64,000 nucleotides of DNA from the NCBI GenBank assembly GCA_965219685.1, contig CBDCOH010000002.1, forward strand, positions 3,872,001 through 3,936,000, written 5' to 3'. Each line of letters begins with the position of its first letter. The first letter of the stretch is position 1. The notes under the pieces are model-generated. The model saw only the letters and a list, made by a program, of their open reading frames with translations, did not search any database and was not told where the DNA came from. Origin of the DNA: Candidatus Spongiisociaceae bacterium (GTDB taxonomy: Bacteria; Actinomycetota; Acidimicrobiia; Spongiisociales; Spongiisociaceae). The position numbers were made by a program, and so were the translations under genes. Of the stretch, positions 35,688-47,209 are shown one piece after another.

Positions 35688-36164
35688 ATGGCTGCGAGAT
35701 GGTCCGAATTCCGGGAGGCGGAGCCCGGTCTGGCCGCCGCCGTGCAGGAGAGATTCGAGAGCCACCGTCACGCGGTGATGGCGACCCTCCGGCGTGACAG
35801 GGCGCCGCGGCTATCGGGCATGGAGGCTCCTATCCGGGACGGCCACCTGTGGCTGGCGATGGACACCGGTTCGCGCAAGACGGACGATCTCCGGCGAGAC
35901 CCGCGTTTCTCGGTGCACAGCGCTCCCGACGGGGAGGACCTGGCTTCGGGCGATGCCCGCATCGAGGGCCGGGCCATGCCGGCGGTCGACGCGGAGGTGG
36001 CCCTCTTCGTGGAAGGCCATAGGTTTCCCATCGACGATCCCTCGACCATGGCGGTGTTCACCGCGGACATCACCCGCGCAGTTCTCGCCCGTGTGGAGGA
36101 CCGGTTCCTAGTGGTGACCGCATGGACGCCAAGCGGTGGACTGGTGACAACCCGCCTGCCCTGA
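35688..36164 (+). CDS. Pyridoxamine 5'-phosphate oxidase-like (FMN/F420 split-barrel) protein
   Basis: ATLRRD.APRLSG.E, SRK..DLRRDPR.SVH, GDARIEGRA. Confidence 0.85.
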   Translation: MAARWSEFREAEPGLAAAVQERFESHRHAVMATLRRDRAPRLSGMEAPIRDGHLWLAMDTGSRKTDDLRRDPRFSVHSAPDGEDLASGDARIEGRAMPAVDAEVALFVEGHRFPIDDPSTMAVFTADITRAVLARVEDRFLVVTAWTPSGGLVTTRLP

Positions 36165-36261
36165 CCTCTCAGGTGAGGCCGAATGCACCGCCGCCACTTC
36201 ACAGACGGACCGCTAGGTGTCCTGACTCCCGGATTCGTTATCGACTCTCGGAACGTACCGA

Positions 36262-36532
36262 CCACCGCAGCGGGCAGCCCCCGGGGACCCGAGAACGCGA
36301 AAAACGCCCGGCCGGACCCTCCCGGGACCCGAGAACGCGAAAAACGCCCCCGGAGGGTGGATCCATCCGTCGGGCCCACCCCCAACCGCCACCTCCGCAG
36401 TCTACGAACGCGTCCTGCCATCCCCGCAAGGGTCGGCTCCCACATGATCCCCGCCCCGGCCCGATCGGTACCGCAAACGGACCGGTGGTGCTTGCGGCTA
36501 CCTACCAGTATGCAACGGGGGTGTGACACGTC
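36262..36532 (-). repeat. Dispersed ORF-less structured element, copy C (inverted), with internal 40-bp-period duplication
   Basis: Reverse complement near-identical to 11160-11395; GGGACCCGAGAACGCGAAAAACGCCC at 36284-36309 and 36324-36349. Confidence 0.8.
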
Positions 36533-36539
36533 TCTGGCC

Positions 36540-36626
36540 CGTTGTCCGTTGTCCGTTGTCCGTTGTCCGCTGTTGGTTCTCCGTCGTCCGTCGTGCCGGT
36601 TGCGGTAGCAGCGGTCAACGGACAAC
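36540..36626. repeat. Heptamer tandem repeat (CGTTGTC)x4 plus degenerate units, with inverted partner CAACGGACAAC
   Basis: Directly visible; abuts the promoter end of copy C. Confidence 0.85.
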
Positions 36627-36689
36627 CCCCTCGTTACGAATTGCCCGGTACCGCGGCCCGCTATCACAGCGAACCGAAGACTCGGACCG

Positions 36690-36905
36690 CTAGCGCCGGT
36701 CTCTCTCCATCACGTGGATCGTCCCGACAGCGGCTTCGTCGATATCCAACACGAGAGCGATGAGGTTCCTCGCCATTCCTTCGACTTCCTCGAATGTCCC
36801 GGCCTGTGTGTGGTTGGCATCCAGCCCGACCACCCTTGCCACCCACCAATCGCCTTCCTGGAATGTCTCGACGCGACAGTTGACTGTGGTGGCGACAGAT
36901 GTCAT
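36690..36905 (-). CDS. Solo HicB-like antitoxin domain protein
   Basis: EGDWWVARV.GL..HTQA.TFEEVE.MARNLIAL; AAGGAAGG SD. Confidence 0.7.
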   Translation of the reverse strand: MTSVATTVNCRVETFQEGDWWVARVVGLDANHTQAGTFEEVEGMARNLIALVLDIDEAAVGTIHVMERDRR

Positions 36906-36923
36906 TGCACCGCCTTCCTTGCC

Positions 36924-37811
36924 TTACCCGGCACCCAACTCGTGGTCGGCGAGCAGTTCGTAGGCCCGCACCAGCGCGGAATGGTCCAATGAGGCCCCAC
37001 CCCGGGCGGCACAGGCGTTCATCAGATCCCGGCAGATGGAGGTCATGGGCGCCGCAATCCCCAGTTGCCCCGCCTCGGCGAGTGCCAGGCCCAGATCCTT
37101 CTGGTGCAGTTCGATTCGGCCCCCCGGCTCGAATGACCGGTCGATCATCCGCTGGCCGTGCACCTCCAGGATCCGGGAGGATGCGAAGCCGCCCAGCAGC
37201 GCGCGCCTGACCCGTACCGGATCCAAGCCGGCTTTCGACGCCAGTACCAGCGCCTCGCTCACCGCGGCGATGTTGATCCCGACGATCATCTGGTTGGCGA
37301 CCTTGCATGTCTGGCCGGCTCCGGTTCCGCCGACGAGCGTGACGGTCTCGCCCATTACCTCAAGCAGAGGTCTGACCCTCTCGAAGGCTTCCGGCGTCCC
37401 ACCCACCATGATGGACAGGGTGCCGTCCCGGGCGCCCATGTCGCCACCTGACACGGGTGCGTCCAGGTACTCGCAACCCAGGTTCCGGATCCGTTCGGCT
37501 AACACCTTGGTGGCGGACGGGGAGATCGAACTCATGTCCACGACTATGTCCCCGGCGCTCAGTCCGGCTGCTACGCCCCGGTCCCGGAAGAGGGCGTCTT
37601 CGACCGCGGCGGTGTCGGGCACCATCGTGAACACCACCTCGGAGGCTCGGGCCACGTCCATGGAAGAATCCTTGAGGACGGCTCCCGAATCCAGGAGGTC
37701 CTGGGGTGCTTCCGACCGGTGGCTGGCGATGAAGAGGCGGTTCCCGGCCGCCAGTAGGCGTCGAGCCATCGGCCGCCCCATGATCCCCGTTCCGATGAAC
37801 CCGACTCTCAT
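36924..37811 (-). CDS. glxR: 2-hydroxy-3-oxopropionate (tartronate semialdehyde) reductase
   Basis: GFIGTGIMG, DMSSISP, DAPVSGG, GQTCKVANQ, GGFASSRILEVHG, LHQKDL. Confidence 0.85.
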   Translation of the reverse strand: MRVGFIGTGIMGRPMARRLLAAGNRLFIASHRSEAPQDLLDSGAVLKDSSMDVARASEVVFTMVPDTAAVEDALFRDRGVAAGLSAGDIVVDMSSISPSATKVLAERIRNLGCEYLDAPVSGGDMGARDGTLSIMVGGTPEAFERVRPLLEVMGETVTLVGGTGAGQTCKVANQMIVGINIAAVSEALVLASKAGLDPVRVRRALLGGFASSRILEVHGQRMIDRSFEPGGRIELHQKDLGLALAEAGQLGIAAPMTSICRDLMNACAARGGASLDHSALVRAYELLADHELGAG

Positions 37812-38029
37812 CCCTGCCCCTCGTTTGATCTTTGGCGGCTGAGCAGATCCTTCGTGACGGGAGCGGCACCGCGAATCTTGGTGGCACGCGCTCCAACCCA
37901 AGCGGCCGACGTACTCACGTGAAGACCTCTCGCCAGGTAGCGAACAGTAACCGGACCGGCCACGCTGTCACCGGCTCCCTCGGCGGTAAGATCGTCCGGC
38001 ACCGGGAACCGACGACCTAAGGATGCGAG

Positions 38030-38869
38030 ATGGCACTGCCCAGTATCAGCGAGTTAGTGAGCCTCGACGGGAAGTGCGCCATCGTCACGGGGGCCGCCCA
38101 GGGCTTCGGTGCAGCCATCTCCCGGCGTCTCGGGGAAGCGGGCGCGATAGTCTTCGTGGCCGACCGCAACGTCGAGGGTGCCGAGCAGTCGGCTGAGCGG
38201 TTGAGAGGTCTCGGGTGCGACGCCGTCGCGCACTGCGTCGACATAGCTGACAGGGACAGGATCGACGCGCTGGTCGATACCGCGGTGAGGCGGACCGGCC
38301 GGGTGGACATCCTGGTGAACAACGCCGGCATCTACTCGAACTACTACTTCGCCAATATGCCCCCGGAGGAGTTCGCCGACACGGTCTCGGTCAACGTGGT
38401 CGGCACCTTCCAGATGGCCCAGGCGGTGACGCAGCGGATGATCGCAGACGGCCAGGGCGGATCCATCGTCAACATCGCCTCCGTGGACACGTTCAACACC
38501 TCTGCGGAGGGTCTGGCTCATTACACGACCTCGAAACACGCCATCGGGGGTATGACCAAGTCGATGGCGATCGAACTCGCGGCCCACGGCATCCGGGTGA
38601 ACGCGGTGTGTCCGGGAGCAGCTATGACGGAGGGCGCCATCGCTCTGGTCACGGCGGGCGCCCCGGAGGGGATCGACGTGGAGGCGCAGTGGGACGGCAT
38701 CAAGGAGAGGACGCCGCTCCGCCGCCTCTGCGACCCGGACGACGTGGCGAGGGCCGTGCTGTTCCTCGCCTCCGACATGGCCGCCTTCGTCACCGGAGCC
38801 TTCCTGGTCGTCGACGGCGGCATCCTTGTCCAGCCACTCGAAGGCTACGTACCCCCGGCCGGTCACTGA
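38030..38869 (+). CDS. SDR family oxidoreductase
   Basis: TGAAQGFG, NNAG, YTTSK, VDGG. Confidence 0.9.
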   Translation: MALPSISELVSLDGKCAIVTGAAQGFGAAISRRLGEAGAIVFVADRNVEGAEQSAERLRGLGCDAVAHCVDIADRDRIDALVDTAVRRTGRVDILVNNAGIYSNYYFANMPPEEFADTVSVNVVGTFQMAQAVTQRMIADGQGGSIVNIASVDTFNTSAEGLAHYTTSKHAIGGMTKSMAIELAAHGIRVNAVCPGAAMTEGAIALVTAGAPEGIDVEAQWDGIKERTPLRRLCDPDDVARAVLFLASDMAAFVTGAFLVVDGGILVQPLEGYVPPAGH

Positions 38870-38934
38870 CCGGAGAAGCCTGTTCGCGCAGTGACCCGGC
38901 ACCCGGCAACTAGCCGACCGATGGAGGGCCGTCG

Positions 38935-40257
38935 GTGAATAGGAAGATCGTCGGTGTCGAGACCTTCGACATCAGGTTCCCCACCTCTCTCGAACTCGAC
39001 GGGTCGGATGCGGTCCATACCGATCCTGACTACTCGGCCGCCTACGTGATACTCCGGACCGATGCCGGCGACGGCGTAGAGGGTCACGGGTTCTGCTTCA
39101 CACTCGGCAGAGGAAACGAGATAGAGGTCGCTGCGCTCGACGCGCTCCTCCCGTCAGTGATCGGCCTTGATCTGGACGGCATTGAAGGTGACCCCCGGGG
39201 CTTCTCCCGGCTGCTCACCCAGGACTCGCAGGCGCGCTGGTTGGGTCCCGAGAAGGGCGTGGTCCACATGGCCTCAGCGGCGATTATCAACGCCGCGTGG
39301 GATCTCATCAGCAAAGCGGCGGGTAAACCACTCTGGAAGTACCTGGCCGATCTCCCGCCTGAGGACCTGGCGGCGATCGTCGACTACCAGTACCTGTCGG
39401 ACGCGCTGACCGAGGACGAGGCGGTCGAGATGCTGCGGCGCAGGGAGTCGGGCAAGTCATCGAGAGAGCGCCGGTTGCTGGAGCGCGGGTTCCCCGCCTA
39501 CGCAACGAGTCCCGGCTGGCTGGGCTACTCGGATGACAAGCTGGTGCGGCTCTGCCGGGAGGCGGTTGACGACGGCTTCTCGCTCATCAAGCTCAAGGTC
39601 GGCGGGTCCGTGGTGGACGACCAGCGCCGTCTGGCCCTTGCTCGGCAAGCCGTCGGGCCCGACGTGCTGATAGCTGTCGACGCTAACCAGAAGTGGGATG
39701 TGGGGGAGGCCATCCGGTGGATGGCCGAGTTGGCGTCTCACTCGCCCTACTGGATCGAAGAGCCGACCAGCCCCGACGACGTCCTCGGCCACGCCGCCAT
39801 CCGGAGGGCGGTCGCGCCCATCAAAGTCGCCACGGGTGAGGCGGTCCAGAACCGGGTCATGTTCAAGCAGTTCCTCCAAGCCGGAGCGATCGACATCATG
39901 CAGATCGATGCCACCAGGGTGGGTGGTGTGAACGAGAACATCGCCAACCTCCTGCTGGCCGCCAAGTTCGGGGTTCCGGTGGTTCCCCACGCGGGCGGGG
40001 TCGGGCTGTGCGAACTGGTCCAGCACCTGGCGATGCTCGACTTCGTGGCGATCGGAGGCGAGATGGACGGGCGATCCATCGAGTTCGTCGACCACCTGCA
40101 CGAACACTTCGTCGATCCGGTGGTCGTCGTAGATGGTCACTACATGGCACCCCGAAGACCGGGGTTCAGCGCTGAGATCAGGCCCGCCTCGCGTGCGGAG
40201 TTCCGCTACCCGGCCGGGCCGGTGTGGCGCCGGGCAACCCGTCGGGATCGATCGTAG
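38935..40257 (+). CDS. L-fuconate dehydratase (enolase superfamily, rTS-beta/FucD type)
   Basis: [13 protein letters not shown]...[47 protein letters not shown]. Confidence 0.9.
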   Translation: MNRKIVGVETFDIRFPTSLELDGSDAVHTDPDYSAAYVILRTDAGDGVEGHGFCFTLGRGNEIEVAALDALLPSVIGLDLDGIEGDPRGFSRLLTQDSQARWLGPEKGVVHMASAAIINAAWDLISKAAGKPLWKYLADLPPEDLAAIVDYQYLSDALTEDEAVEMLRRRESGKSSRERRLLERGFPAYATSPGWLGYSDDKLVRLCREAVDDGFSLIKLKVGGSVVDDQRRLALARQAVGPDVLIAVDANQKWDVGEAIRWMAELASHSPYWIEEPTSPDDVLGHAAIRRAVAPIKVATGEAVQNRVMFKQFLQAGAIDIMQIDATRVGGVNENIANLLLAAKFGVPVVPHAGGVGLCELVQHLAMLDFVAIGGEMDGRSIEFVDHLHEHFVDPVVVVDGHYMAPRRPGFSAEIRPASRAEFRYPAGPVWRRATRRDRS

Positions 40258-40483
40258 GCGTGAAGTAGGCGGGCCGGCAAGAGTCGGAAGGGGGCTGGTC
40301 GTGGGGAGACGGCGACGAGGTCGACGGGTTCACCGGCTCGAATCCGGCCGCTGCCAGGGTTCGGAGGAAGGGGAACCGACCCGCGTTGTAGAGGTGGCGG
40401 ATACGCCGACCGAGGGTCGTTGGTAGTGATGTGCGCCCTGGGTAGCCTCGGGTACGTTAGGAGCCTCCTCAGAAAGGGCAGCA

Positions 40484-40888
40484 ATGCAAAGTAACTTGAT
40501 CAGGGGTGTCATCCCTGGCGTGATGGCCGGCTATCTCTTCCTCGCCTACACCGGGCCGGGTATGCAGGACATGGTCGGCGGCATGATCGACGCCAACGAC
40601 TTCGTAGGCTTCATTCTGCATGTCGTGTTCAGCGCCATAATAGGCGCCCTCTACACGGCCTTCTTCGCTCCGAACGTGAAACTCGGCAATCCCCTGGTGA
40701 CCATCGTGGTAGGCGGTCTGATCTACGGCATCATCTGGTGGGTCGTGGGCGGCAATCTCATCATGCCGCTCATCGCCGGTGGCGACGTGTTCCAGTTCGG
40801 ACTCGGGGCTAGCTTCTACGGTCACATAGTCTTCGGGCACGCTCTTGCGTTCCTCGTGATCCTGCGCGACATGGCGCTGAGCAAGTAG
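40484..40888 (+). CDS. Hypothetical integral membrane protein
   Basis: 4 TM segments; H..FSAIIG, G.IYG.IWW, GHIVFG; strong GC3 codon bias. Confidence 0.75.
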   Translation: MQSNLIRGVIPGVMAGYLFLAYTGPGMQDMVGGMIDANDFVGFILHVVFSAIIGALYTAFFAPNVKLGNPLVTIVVGGLIYGIIWWVVGGNLIMPLIAGGDVFQFGLGASFYGHIVFGHALAFLVILRDMALSK

Positions 40889-41024
40889 AGAGGACCAGCA
40901 AGCCCCTACAAGCGTGTCGGGCTAGCGGGGTGAGCCCCGAGGAGGGTGGGTGTTTAATCCCCGGGCCGCTTCTCGCCCCCGTTCCAGGTCACCCTTCTAG
41001 CCCGTTACTCAGAGCCCGCTGCGG

Positions 41025-42380
41025 TCAATGCCCCAGGAAGTCCGGCAGCTTGGAGTCGTCAAACCGGCCTGCTTCGATGTCGGCCAGGGCGCGGTCGAAG
41101 ATGTCCAGCGCTTCATCGGCGTCGCTCCGGGTGATGGTCAGCGGCGGGGTGATCTCCATCACGTTGCCGAACGCCAGCAGGATCAGGCCGAGCTCGAAGC
41201 AGCGGTAGGCCAGCCGGTAGGCATCCGTCTCGGCAGGCTCGCGGGTCTGGTGGTCCTTCACCAGCTCGACCCCGATGAGGAGGCCCATGCCGCGTACGTC
41301 GCCGATCAGCGGGTGGTCGGTCTTCATCTCCTCCAGCTTGTCACTCAGGTAGCGGCCCATCTCGTCGGCGTTGCGGACCAGCCCCTCCTCCTCGATCACG
41401 TCGAGCGTCGCCACCGCGGCGGAACAGGAGATCGGCGAGCCGCCCAGCGTGTAGGCGGTGTACAGGTCGACGTCGAGGATCTCCTGGCGGCCCACCACGG
41501 CAGACAGCGGGAAACCCCCTCCCAGCGGTTTGGCGAGCCCGACCGCATCCGCCTCGATCCCGAAGTGCTCGAAGCCGAACATGCGACCGGTCCGCCCCAG
41601 GCCGACCTTGACCTCGTCGAAGATCAGCCAGATCCCCCGCTCGTCGCACAGCTCTCGCAGGGCCGGGAAGTAGTTGTCCGGCGGGACGATCTCCCCGCTG
41701 TCCGACTGGATGCTCTCGGCGAAGATGGCCGCCGTCTCGTCCGAGGGCGACACGTTCACCAGCAGGTCGTTCTTCAGGTAGTCGAGGCATCTCAGCGAGC
41801 ATTCGTTCTTGTCGCACGGGCCCCAGGCACACCGGTAGGGGTTGGGATAGGGAGCTTTGGTTATATGGCCGCCCGGTATCGGTCGGGTCAACGCTCCGTG
41901 TCCGGAGATGGCGCCGGAGCCGATCGTCATGCCATGGAACGCGCCGATATAGGAGACGAGCCGAGGCCGTCCGGAGGCGATCGGGGCCACCTTGGCGAGC
42001 ACGTCCATTGCGTCGGAACCCGACACGCCGAACCAGGCCTTCTTGTCGAACTCTCCCGGGAGGATCTCGATCAGCCGCTCAGCCAACTCGACGGCGGGCT
42101 CGTGGATGTAGCAGACGAGCGGGCCCGTGTACTCGTTGTTGATCGCGTCGATTGCGGCCTGGCGAACCTTCGGATGCCCGTATCCCGTTGCGGCCGTTCC
42201 GCCGGTCGCCATCCAGTCGAGGTACTCGTTGCCGTCCTTGTCCCACATGCGGACCCCGTCCGACCTGGCCACCACGAACGGATAGAGCCGGTACTTCATC
42301 GACGGCGTGATGACCGCCTCGTCGCGGGCGGCGACCGCCCGGCTCCGGGCGAGCTCTCGCTTACCGGAAGGATGTGGCAT
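41025..42380 (-). CDS. Class III PLP aminotransferase (4-aminobutyrate aminotransferase-like)
   Basis: DKDGNEYLD, SGSDA, FHG, ESIQ, FDEVKVGLGRTG, AKPLGGG, DVRGMGL. Confidence 0.92.
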   Translation of the reverse strand: MPHPSGKRELARSRAVAARDEAVITPSMKYRLYPFVVARSDGVRMWDKDGNEYLDWMATGGTAATGYGHPKVRQAAIDAINNEYTGPLVCYIHEPAVELAERLIEILPGEFDKKAWFGVSGSDAMDVLAKVAPIASGRPRLVSYIGAFHGMTIGSGAISGHGALTRPIPGGHITKAPYPNPYRCAWGPCDKNECSLRCLDYLKNDLLVNVSPSDETAAIFAESIQSDSGEIVPPDNYFPALRELCDERGIWLIFDEVKVGLGRTGRMFGFEHFGIEADAVGLAKPLGGGFPLSAVVGRQEILDVDLYTAYTLGGSPISCSAAVATLDVIEEEGLVRNADEMGRYLSDKLEEMKTDHPLIGDVRGMGLLIGVELVKDHQTREPAETDAYRLAYRCFELGLILLAFGNVMEITPPLTITRSDADEALDIFDRALADIEAGRFDDSKLPDFLGH

Positions 42381-42474
42381 GGGGCACCTTCCTCATGGTG
42401 GCGTAGTGGGGAGAATATCGAGCGGACGTTCGAGCCATCGTGGTTCGATCACGTTGGATCAGGGCGTTCGATCG

Positions 42475-44790
42475 CTATTCAGGGTGCAGCAGTTCCCACA
42501 CCACATCCGGGCGGAGCGGGGTCCGGTCGACCCGGATGCCGAACGGCGCCAGTGCGTCCGCGACCGCGTTGGCTATCGCGGGCGGCGAGGCGAGGGTGCC
42601 CGATTCGCCCACGCCCCTGACACCGAGCGGGGTGTCCGAGGGCGACACGATGTTGTCCAGGGTGATCCGGGGCACCTCCACCGCGGAGGGGAGCAGGTAG
42701 GCAGCGAAGCTGGCGGACGGAATCTGGCCGGACTCGTCATGGCTGACCCGCTCATAGAGTGCCTGCCCTATTCCCTGGGCGATCCCGCCGTGGATCTGGC
42801 CGTCGACGATTCCCGGATTGAGACCCACGCCGTAGTCGTCCACCGACACGAAGTCGAGGATCTTCACCTTCCCGGTCTCCGTGTCCACCTCCACTACGGC
42901 TGCGTTGGCGCCGAAGGCGAAGTTGACATCGGGCGGATCGTAGAACGCCGTGGCTTCGAGGCCCGGTTCGAACATCCGCCCGCAGCGCTTGAGGAAGTGG
43001 GCTTCCTCCGCCACGTCGGGCCAGGACACCGCGGTCTCGGGGCTACCAACCACGGTGAACACGCCGTCCTCGTAGGCGATGTCCTCCGCGGCGGCCTCCA
43101 GCAAGGCGGCCGCCACCTGTCGCGCCTTCTCCACCACGCGTTCGGCCGCCACCAGGGCGGCGTGCCCGCCGACCACCGCGCCCCGGCTGCCATGGGTACC
43201 TCCGCCGAACGGGACGGTCTCGGTGTCTCCGTGGGTGACCGTGATGTGGTCGAAGGGGATCTGCAGCTGGTCGGCGATGATCTGGGCGACGGCCGTATCC
43301 GATCCCTGGCCCTGCGGGCAGAGGCCCGAGTAGACGACCGCCTTGCCCTGGGGATCCACCCGGATCAGCGTCGACTCGTGGCCGGGGAAGAACTTCATCG
43401 GGTTCCAGTCGTGGCCCGACGGCGAGAAACCGCACAGGAGGTTGTAGGTCGCGAAACCGACTCCGATATGGCGACCTGCCCTCCTCGCCTCCTGCTGGCG
43501 GGTCCGCACCTCCTCGTAGCCGACCAACTCCACCGCTCTCTCCAGCAAGGCCGGGTAGTCGCCACCGCTGTAGGTGAGCCCGAACGGAGTCTGGTAGGGG
43601 AGTTGGTCGGGCGCGACCAGGTTGCGCAGCCGCATCTGGACCGGATCGATGCCGAGTTCCCGGGCGGCCTCCTCGATCAGCCTCTCCTGGACGTAGGTGG
43701 CCTCGGCCCGTCCCGAACCCCGCAGAGCCTCGATCGACATCTTGTTGGTGAAGACCTTCTCCAGCTTGATGTCGACGCTGGGAATGTCGTAGTTGCCGGT
43801 CAGGGTGTCGATGGTCAGGTCCGGAACGACCGGCGTGAAGAAGTGGAAGTAGGCCCCGAGGTCCCCTACGAAGTGGCTCCGGAGCGCCAGGATGTTCCCC
43901 TCGGAGTCCAGGGCGAGTTCTGCCTTGTGGATCTGGTCTCTGGCGTGAACGCCTGACGTGAAGTTCTCGGTCCGGGTCTCCACCCACTTCACGGGGACAC
44001 CCAACTGCAGAGCCGCCCAGATCACGGCTAACTCGTCCGAGTACAGGTTGAGCTTGCTACCGAAGCCGCCGCCCACATCGGGAGCGACGATGCGGAGCTT
44101 CGATTCGTCGAATTCGAAGATGTGAGCCAGCCAGGTGCGCAGAGTATGGGGGCCCTGGCACGAGAGCCATACCGTGAGGTGACCAGAGGCGGGTTCCGGA
44201 ACCGCGAGGATGGCGCGCGGTTCCATCGGTGATGCCGAGATCCGCTGCACCGTGAGCGTCCGGGACACCACATGATCGGCCCCGGCGAAGGCGTCGTCGG
44301 GATCCCCGATCACCTTGTGGATCTCGCCGATCTTGTTGGTGCCTCGGTCTGGATGCACGAGCGGCGCGCCGGGGGAGAGCGCCTCCCACGGGTCGAGGAC
44401 GTGGGGTAGGGGCTCGTAGTCCACGTCGACCCGCTCGGCGCCGTTGACGGCTGTTCGCGGGTCATTGGCCAGCACCATCGCCACCGGCTCGCCCACGTAG
44501 TGGACCCGATCCCCCGTGAGGGGAGTCCTCGGCGGTGCCCAGTCGGCTGCGGCGGTCGGGATCAGGGGCATCTCCCCAGCCGACTCGGATCCGGAGTACG
44601 CGGCGACCACTCCCGGCGCCTCGCGCGCCTCGGCCAGGTCGACCGACGTGATGTCGGCATGGGCGAACGGGCTGCGCACGAAGGAGGCGTGGACCATGTG
44701 GGGCACGGCAAGGTCGTCCACGTACCGGCCCCTGCCCGCCAGGATGCGGGGATCCTCCTTGCGGGGTAGCCGGGCGCCGACGGCGGTCAT
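42475..44790 (-). CDS. Xanthine dehydrogenase family molybdopterin-binding large subunit (CoxL-like)
   Basis: [50 protein letters not shown]. Confidence 0.92.
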   Translation of the reverse strand: MTAVGARLPRKEDPRILAGRGRYVDDLAVPHMVHASFVRSPFAHADITSVDLAEAREAPGVVAAYSGSESAGEMPLIPTAAADWAPPRTPLTGDRVHYVGEPVAMVLANDPRTAVNGAERVDVDYEPLPHVLDPWEALSPGAPLVHPDRGTNKIGEIHKVIGDPDDAFAGADHVVSRTLTVQRISASPMEPRAILAVPEPASGHLTVWLSCQGPHTLRTWLAHIFEFDESKLRIVAPDVGGGFGSKLNLYSDELAVIWAALQLGVPVKWVETRTENFTSGVHARDQIHKAELALDSEGNILALRSHFVGDLGAYFHFFTPVVPDLTIDTLTGNYDIPSVDIKLEKVFTNKMSIEALRGSGRAEATYVQERLIEEAARELGIDPVQMRLRNLVAPDQLPYQTPFGLTYSGGDYPALLERAVELVGYEEVRTRQQEARRAGRHIGVGFATYNLLCGFSPSGHDWNPMKFFPGHESTLIRVDPQGKAVVYSGLCPQGQGSDTAVAQIIADQLQIPFDHITVTHGDTETVPFGGGTHGSRGAVVGGHAALVAAERVVEKARQVAAALLEAAAEDIAYEDGVFTVVGSPETAVSWPDVAEEAHFLKRCGRMFEPGLEATAFYDPPDVNFAFGANAAVVEVDTETGKVKILDFVSVDDYGVGLNPGIVDGQIHGGIAQGIGQALYERVSHDESGQIPSASFAAYLLPSAVEVPRITLDNIVSPSDTPLGVRGVGESGTLASPPAIANAVADALAPFGIRVDRTPLRPDVVWELLHPE

Positions 44791-45254
44791 GGCTGCCCGC
44801 TCCCGCACGGACCCGAGAGGACGGCGTCGACGATGTGCTGGTAGCCGGTGCAGCGGCAGAGGTTGCCTTCCAAGGCCTTGCGAACCTCCTGCTCGGTCGG
44901 TTCGGGGTTCCGGCGCAGGAAGGCAGTGGCGGCCATCAGGAAACCGGAGGTGCAGAAGCCGCACTGGAGGGCGAAGTGGTCGGCGAATGCCTGCTGCAGC
45001 GGTGAGAGCTTCCCGCGGTCGGCGAGCCCTTCCACCGTCTCGATCTCCCTTCCGTCGGCTTGACCGGCCAGGACGGTGCAGGACTTGACCGCAGCCCCGT
45101 CGAGTATCACGGTGCACGCGCCGCAACTGCTGGTGTCGCAGCCCACGTGGGTTCCCGTCAGTTGCAGCTCCTCCCGGAGCAGGTGCACCAGCAGCGTCGA
45201 GGGATGGCAGTCGACATCGACCCTGGCGCCGTTGACCACCACGCGGACCTTCAT
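44787..45254 (-). CDS. (2Fe-2S)-binding small subunit (CoxS-like)
   Basis: [25 protein letters not shown]. Confidence 0.93.
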   Translation of the reverse strand: MKVRVVVNGARVDVDCHPSTLLVHLLREELQLTGTHVGCDTSSCGACTVILDGAAVKSCTVLAGQADGREIETVEGLADRGKLSPLQQAFADHFALQCGFCTSGFLMAATAFLRRNPEPTEQEVRKALEGNLCRCTGYQHIVDAVLSGPCGSGQP

Positions 45255-46111
45255 CCGCCGGCTCCCCGTTCCGTGGCGCGCCGGATGGCGCGTCCGGCCA
45301 AGACCCTCACGAGCTCGCTCTTGTACCGTGAGCTGCCGCGGTCATCGCCGGGCATCCTGACGGCGGCGGAGACAGCGGAGGCGGCGCGGGCGATGGTCGA
45401 AGGATCGATGTCCGATCCCACCAGGAGGTTCTCGGCTTGCGCCGCCCGTGTGGCGACCTGCTCGCCTCCCGTCACCGCGATCCCGGCGCCGGTGACGCGT
45501 CCTGCGCCGTCCATGGTCATCTGGACGGCCACGCCTGCTACCCCGTAGTCGGCCGCGGCGCGCTTCATCTTCTCGTACGCCCCGGCCGGTCCGCCGGGCA
45601 GCCGGACCGCGGTGATCAATTCGCCCCGCCGGAGCGAGGTCTCGAAGGGCCCCACGAAGAGGTCGTCGCTCTCGATGACCCTCGTGCCGCTCGCTCCCTC
45701 GACGACGACCCGTCCCCGGGCGGCCACCAAAGCGGCCGGAAGGTCGTTGAGGGGATCGGCGTGGGCCAGATTGCCGCCCACGGTTCCCAGATTACGGACG
45801 AGCGGATCCGCGATCACCGAGGCCGTCTCGGCCCATAACGGGGAGAGGGATCGGACCATCGGGCTCTGCGACACCCGGCTCGTGGTCACGAGGGCACCGA
45901 TCTCGAGCCCGTCCTCGGAGGACCCGATGGAGTCCAGACCTTGGATCTTTCCCAGGTCGACCACTACGGATGGGCGGACCAGCCGGAAGCGCATCATGGG
46001 GATGAGGCTCTGGCCCCCGGCGAGCGCCACGGAGCCATCCTCGCTGTTCAGGCTCGCGAGGGCGTCCTCAAGCGTCGCGGACGAACGGAACGCGAAGTCA
46101 GGCGGTCGCAT
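45251..46111 (-). CDS. FAD-binding medium subunit (CoxM-like)
   Basis: [24 protein letters not shown]. Confidence 0.92.
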   Translation of the reverse strand: MRPPDFAFRSSATLEDALASLNSEDGSVALAGGQSLIPMMRFRLVRPSVVVDLGKIQGLDSIGSSEDGLEIGALVTTSRVSQSPMVRSLSPLWAETASVIADPLVRNLGTVGGNLAHADPLNDLPAALVAARGRVVVEGASGTRVIESDDLFVGPFETSLRRGELITAVRLPGGPAGAYEKMKRAAADYGVAGVAVQMTMDGAGRVTGAGIAVTGGEQVATRAAQAENLLVGSDIDPSTIARAASAVSAAVRMPGDDRGSSRYKSELVRVLAGRAIRRATERGAGG

Positions 46112-46177
46112 CCGTGCCTGCCGGCGACGGTCCGGTCCGGCTCGAGCCCGAGCTATCCAACACGCATCGGGCTGAAC

Positions 46178-47209
46178 TCATGAACTGCTGTCTTCCCAGG
46201 GTCGCGGCCTCACATGGCAAGCTACCAGGTGTCCGGGTTCGGTGCCCTCGAGGGTGGGTTCGACCTGGTGGCAGACCTCCTCGACGAACGGGCACCTGGT
46301 GGAGAACTTGCATCCGGGCGGCATGTCGAGGGGCGAGGGAACGTCTCCGCGCAGCGGCGCTTCGCTCTTGTGGTGGGGGTTCGGGTCGGGACGCGACGCC
46401 AGGAGGGCCTGGGTGTAGGGATGCTCGGGACGGCCGAACACCTTCTCGAGAGGGCCGTATTCGACGATCCGACCCATGTACATGACCGCCACGGTGTCGG
46501 CCACCTGGGAGACGACCGAGAGCTGGTGGGCGATGAAGATCATGGTCAGCCCCAGGCGGGCTTGCAGGTCCCGGAAGAGGTTGATGATCTGGGCCTGGAT
46601 GGAGACATCCAGGGCGCTCACCGGTTCGTCGGCCACGAGCATGTCCGGGCCCACCGCCAGGGCCCGGGCGATGGCCACCCGCTGCCGCTGGCCGCCGCTC
46701 AACTGTCTGGGACGGCGGTCAGCCAGGGTGGCCGAGAGCCCGACGCTCTCCAGGTGCCCGGCCACGAAGGCTCCGTCCTGGCCCTCGCCGACGAGGCCGT
46801 GCACCTTCCCGGCTTCGAGGATCGCCGCTCCCACCGTCATCCGGGGATTGAGGGACGTGAATGGGTCCTGGAACACCATCTGCACCCGCCGCCGCACCCG
46901 GCGAAGGTCGCTTCCCTCGACCGACCGCACGTCCACGCCGTCGAACAGGACCGTTCCCGCGTCGGGATCGACCAGCCGGATCAGGCTGCGGCCCAGAGTG
47001 GTCTTGCCGCTTCCCGACTCCCCGACGATGCCCATGACCTCGCGCTGCCGCACCTCGAACGACACATTCTGGACGGCCATCAGACGCCGTGCAGGGGCAC
47101 GCCTGATCCGCTCGCCCAGAGTGCGGCGCACCGGGTATCCCTTGGTCAGACCCTCGACCTGGAGCAGTACCTCCCTGTCCGAGTCCCGGGGTTGGCCGGC
47201 TCCGATCAC
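46178..47209 (-). CDS. Oligopeptide/dipeptide ABC ATP-binding protein (OppF-like)
   Basis: GESGSGKT, LSGGQRQR, ADEP, HPYT, GCKFSTRC. Confidence 0.92.
   Translation of the reverse strand: MIGAGQPRDSDREVLLQVEGLTKGYPVRRTLGERIRRAPARRLMAVQNVSFEVRQREVMGIVGESGSGKTTLGRSLIRLVDPDAGTVLFDGVDVRSVEGSDLRRVRRRVQMVFQDPFTSLNPRMTVGAAILEAGKVHGLVGEGQDGAFVAGHLESVGLSATLADRRPRQLSGGQRQRVAIARALAVGPDMLVADEPVSALDVSIQAQIINLFRDLQARLGLTMIFIAHQLSVVSQVADTVAVMYMGRIVEYGPLEKVFGRPEHPYTQALLASRPDPNPHHKSEAPLRGDVPSPLDMPPGCKFSTRCPFVEEVCHQVEPTLEGTEPGHLVACHVRPRPWEDSSS

Noticed and set aside
40258-40483. Possible riboswitch upstream of the membrane protein gene
   Set aside because: G-rich with weak stems; I could not match conserved riboswitch motifs by eye, and an Rfam scan would be needed
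42475-46111. Aerobic CO dehydrogenase (coxMSL)
   Set aside because: Active-site loop is ALRGSGR, not AYxCSFR; no cox accessory genes
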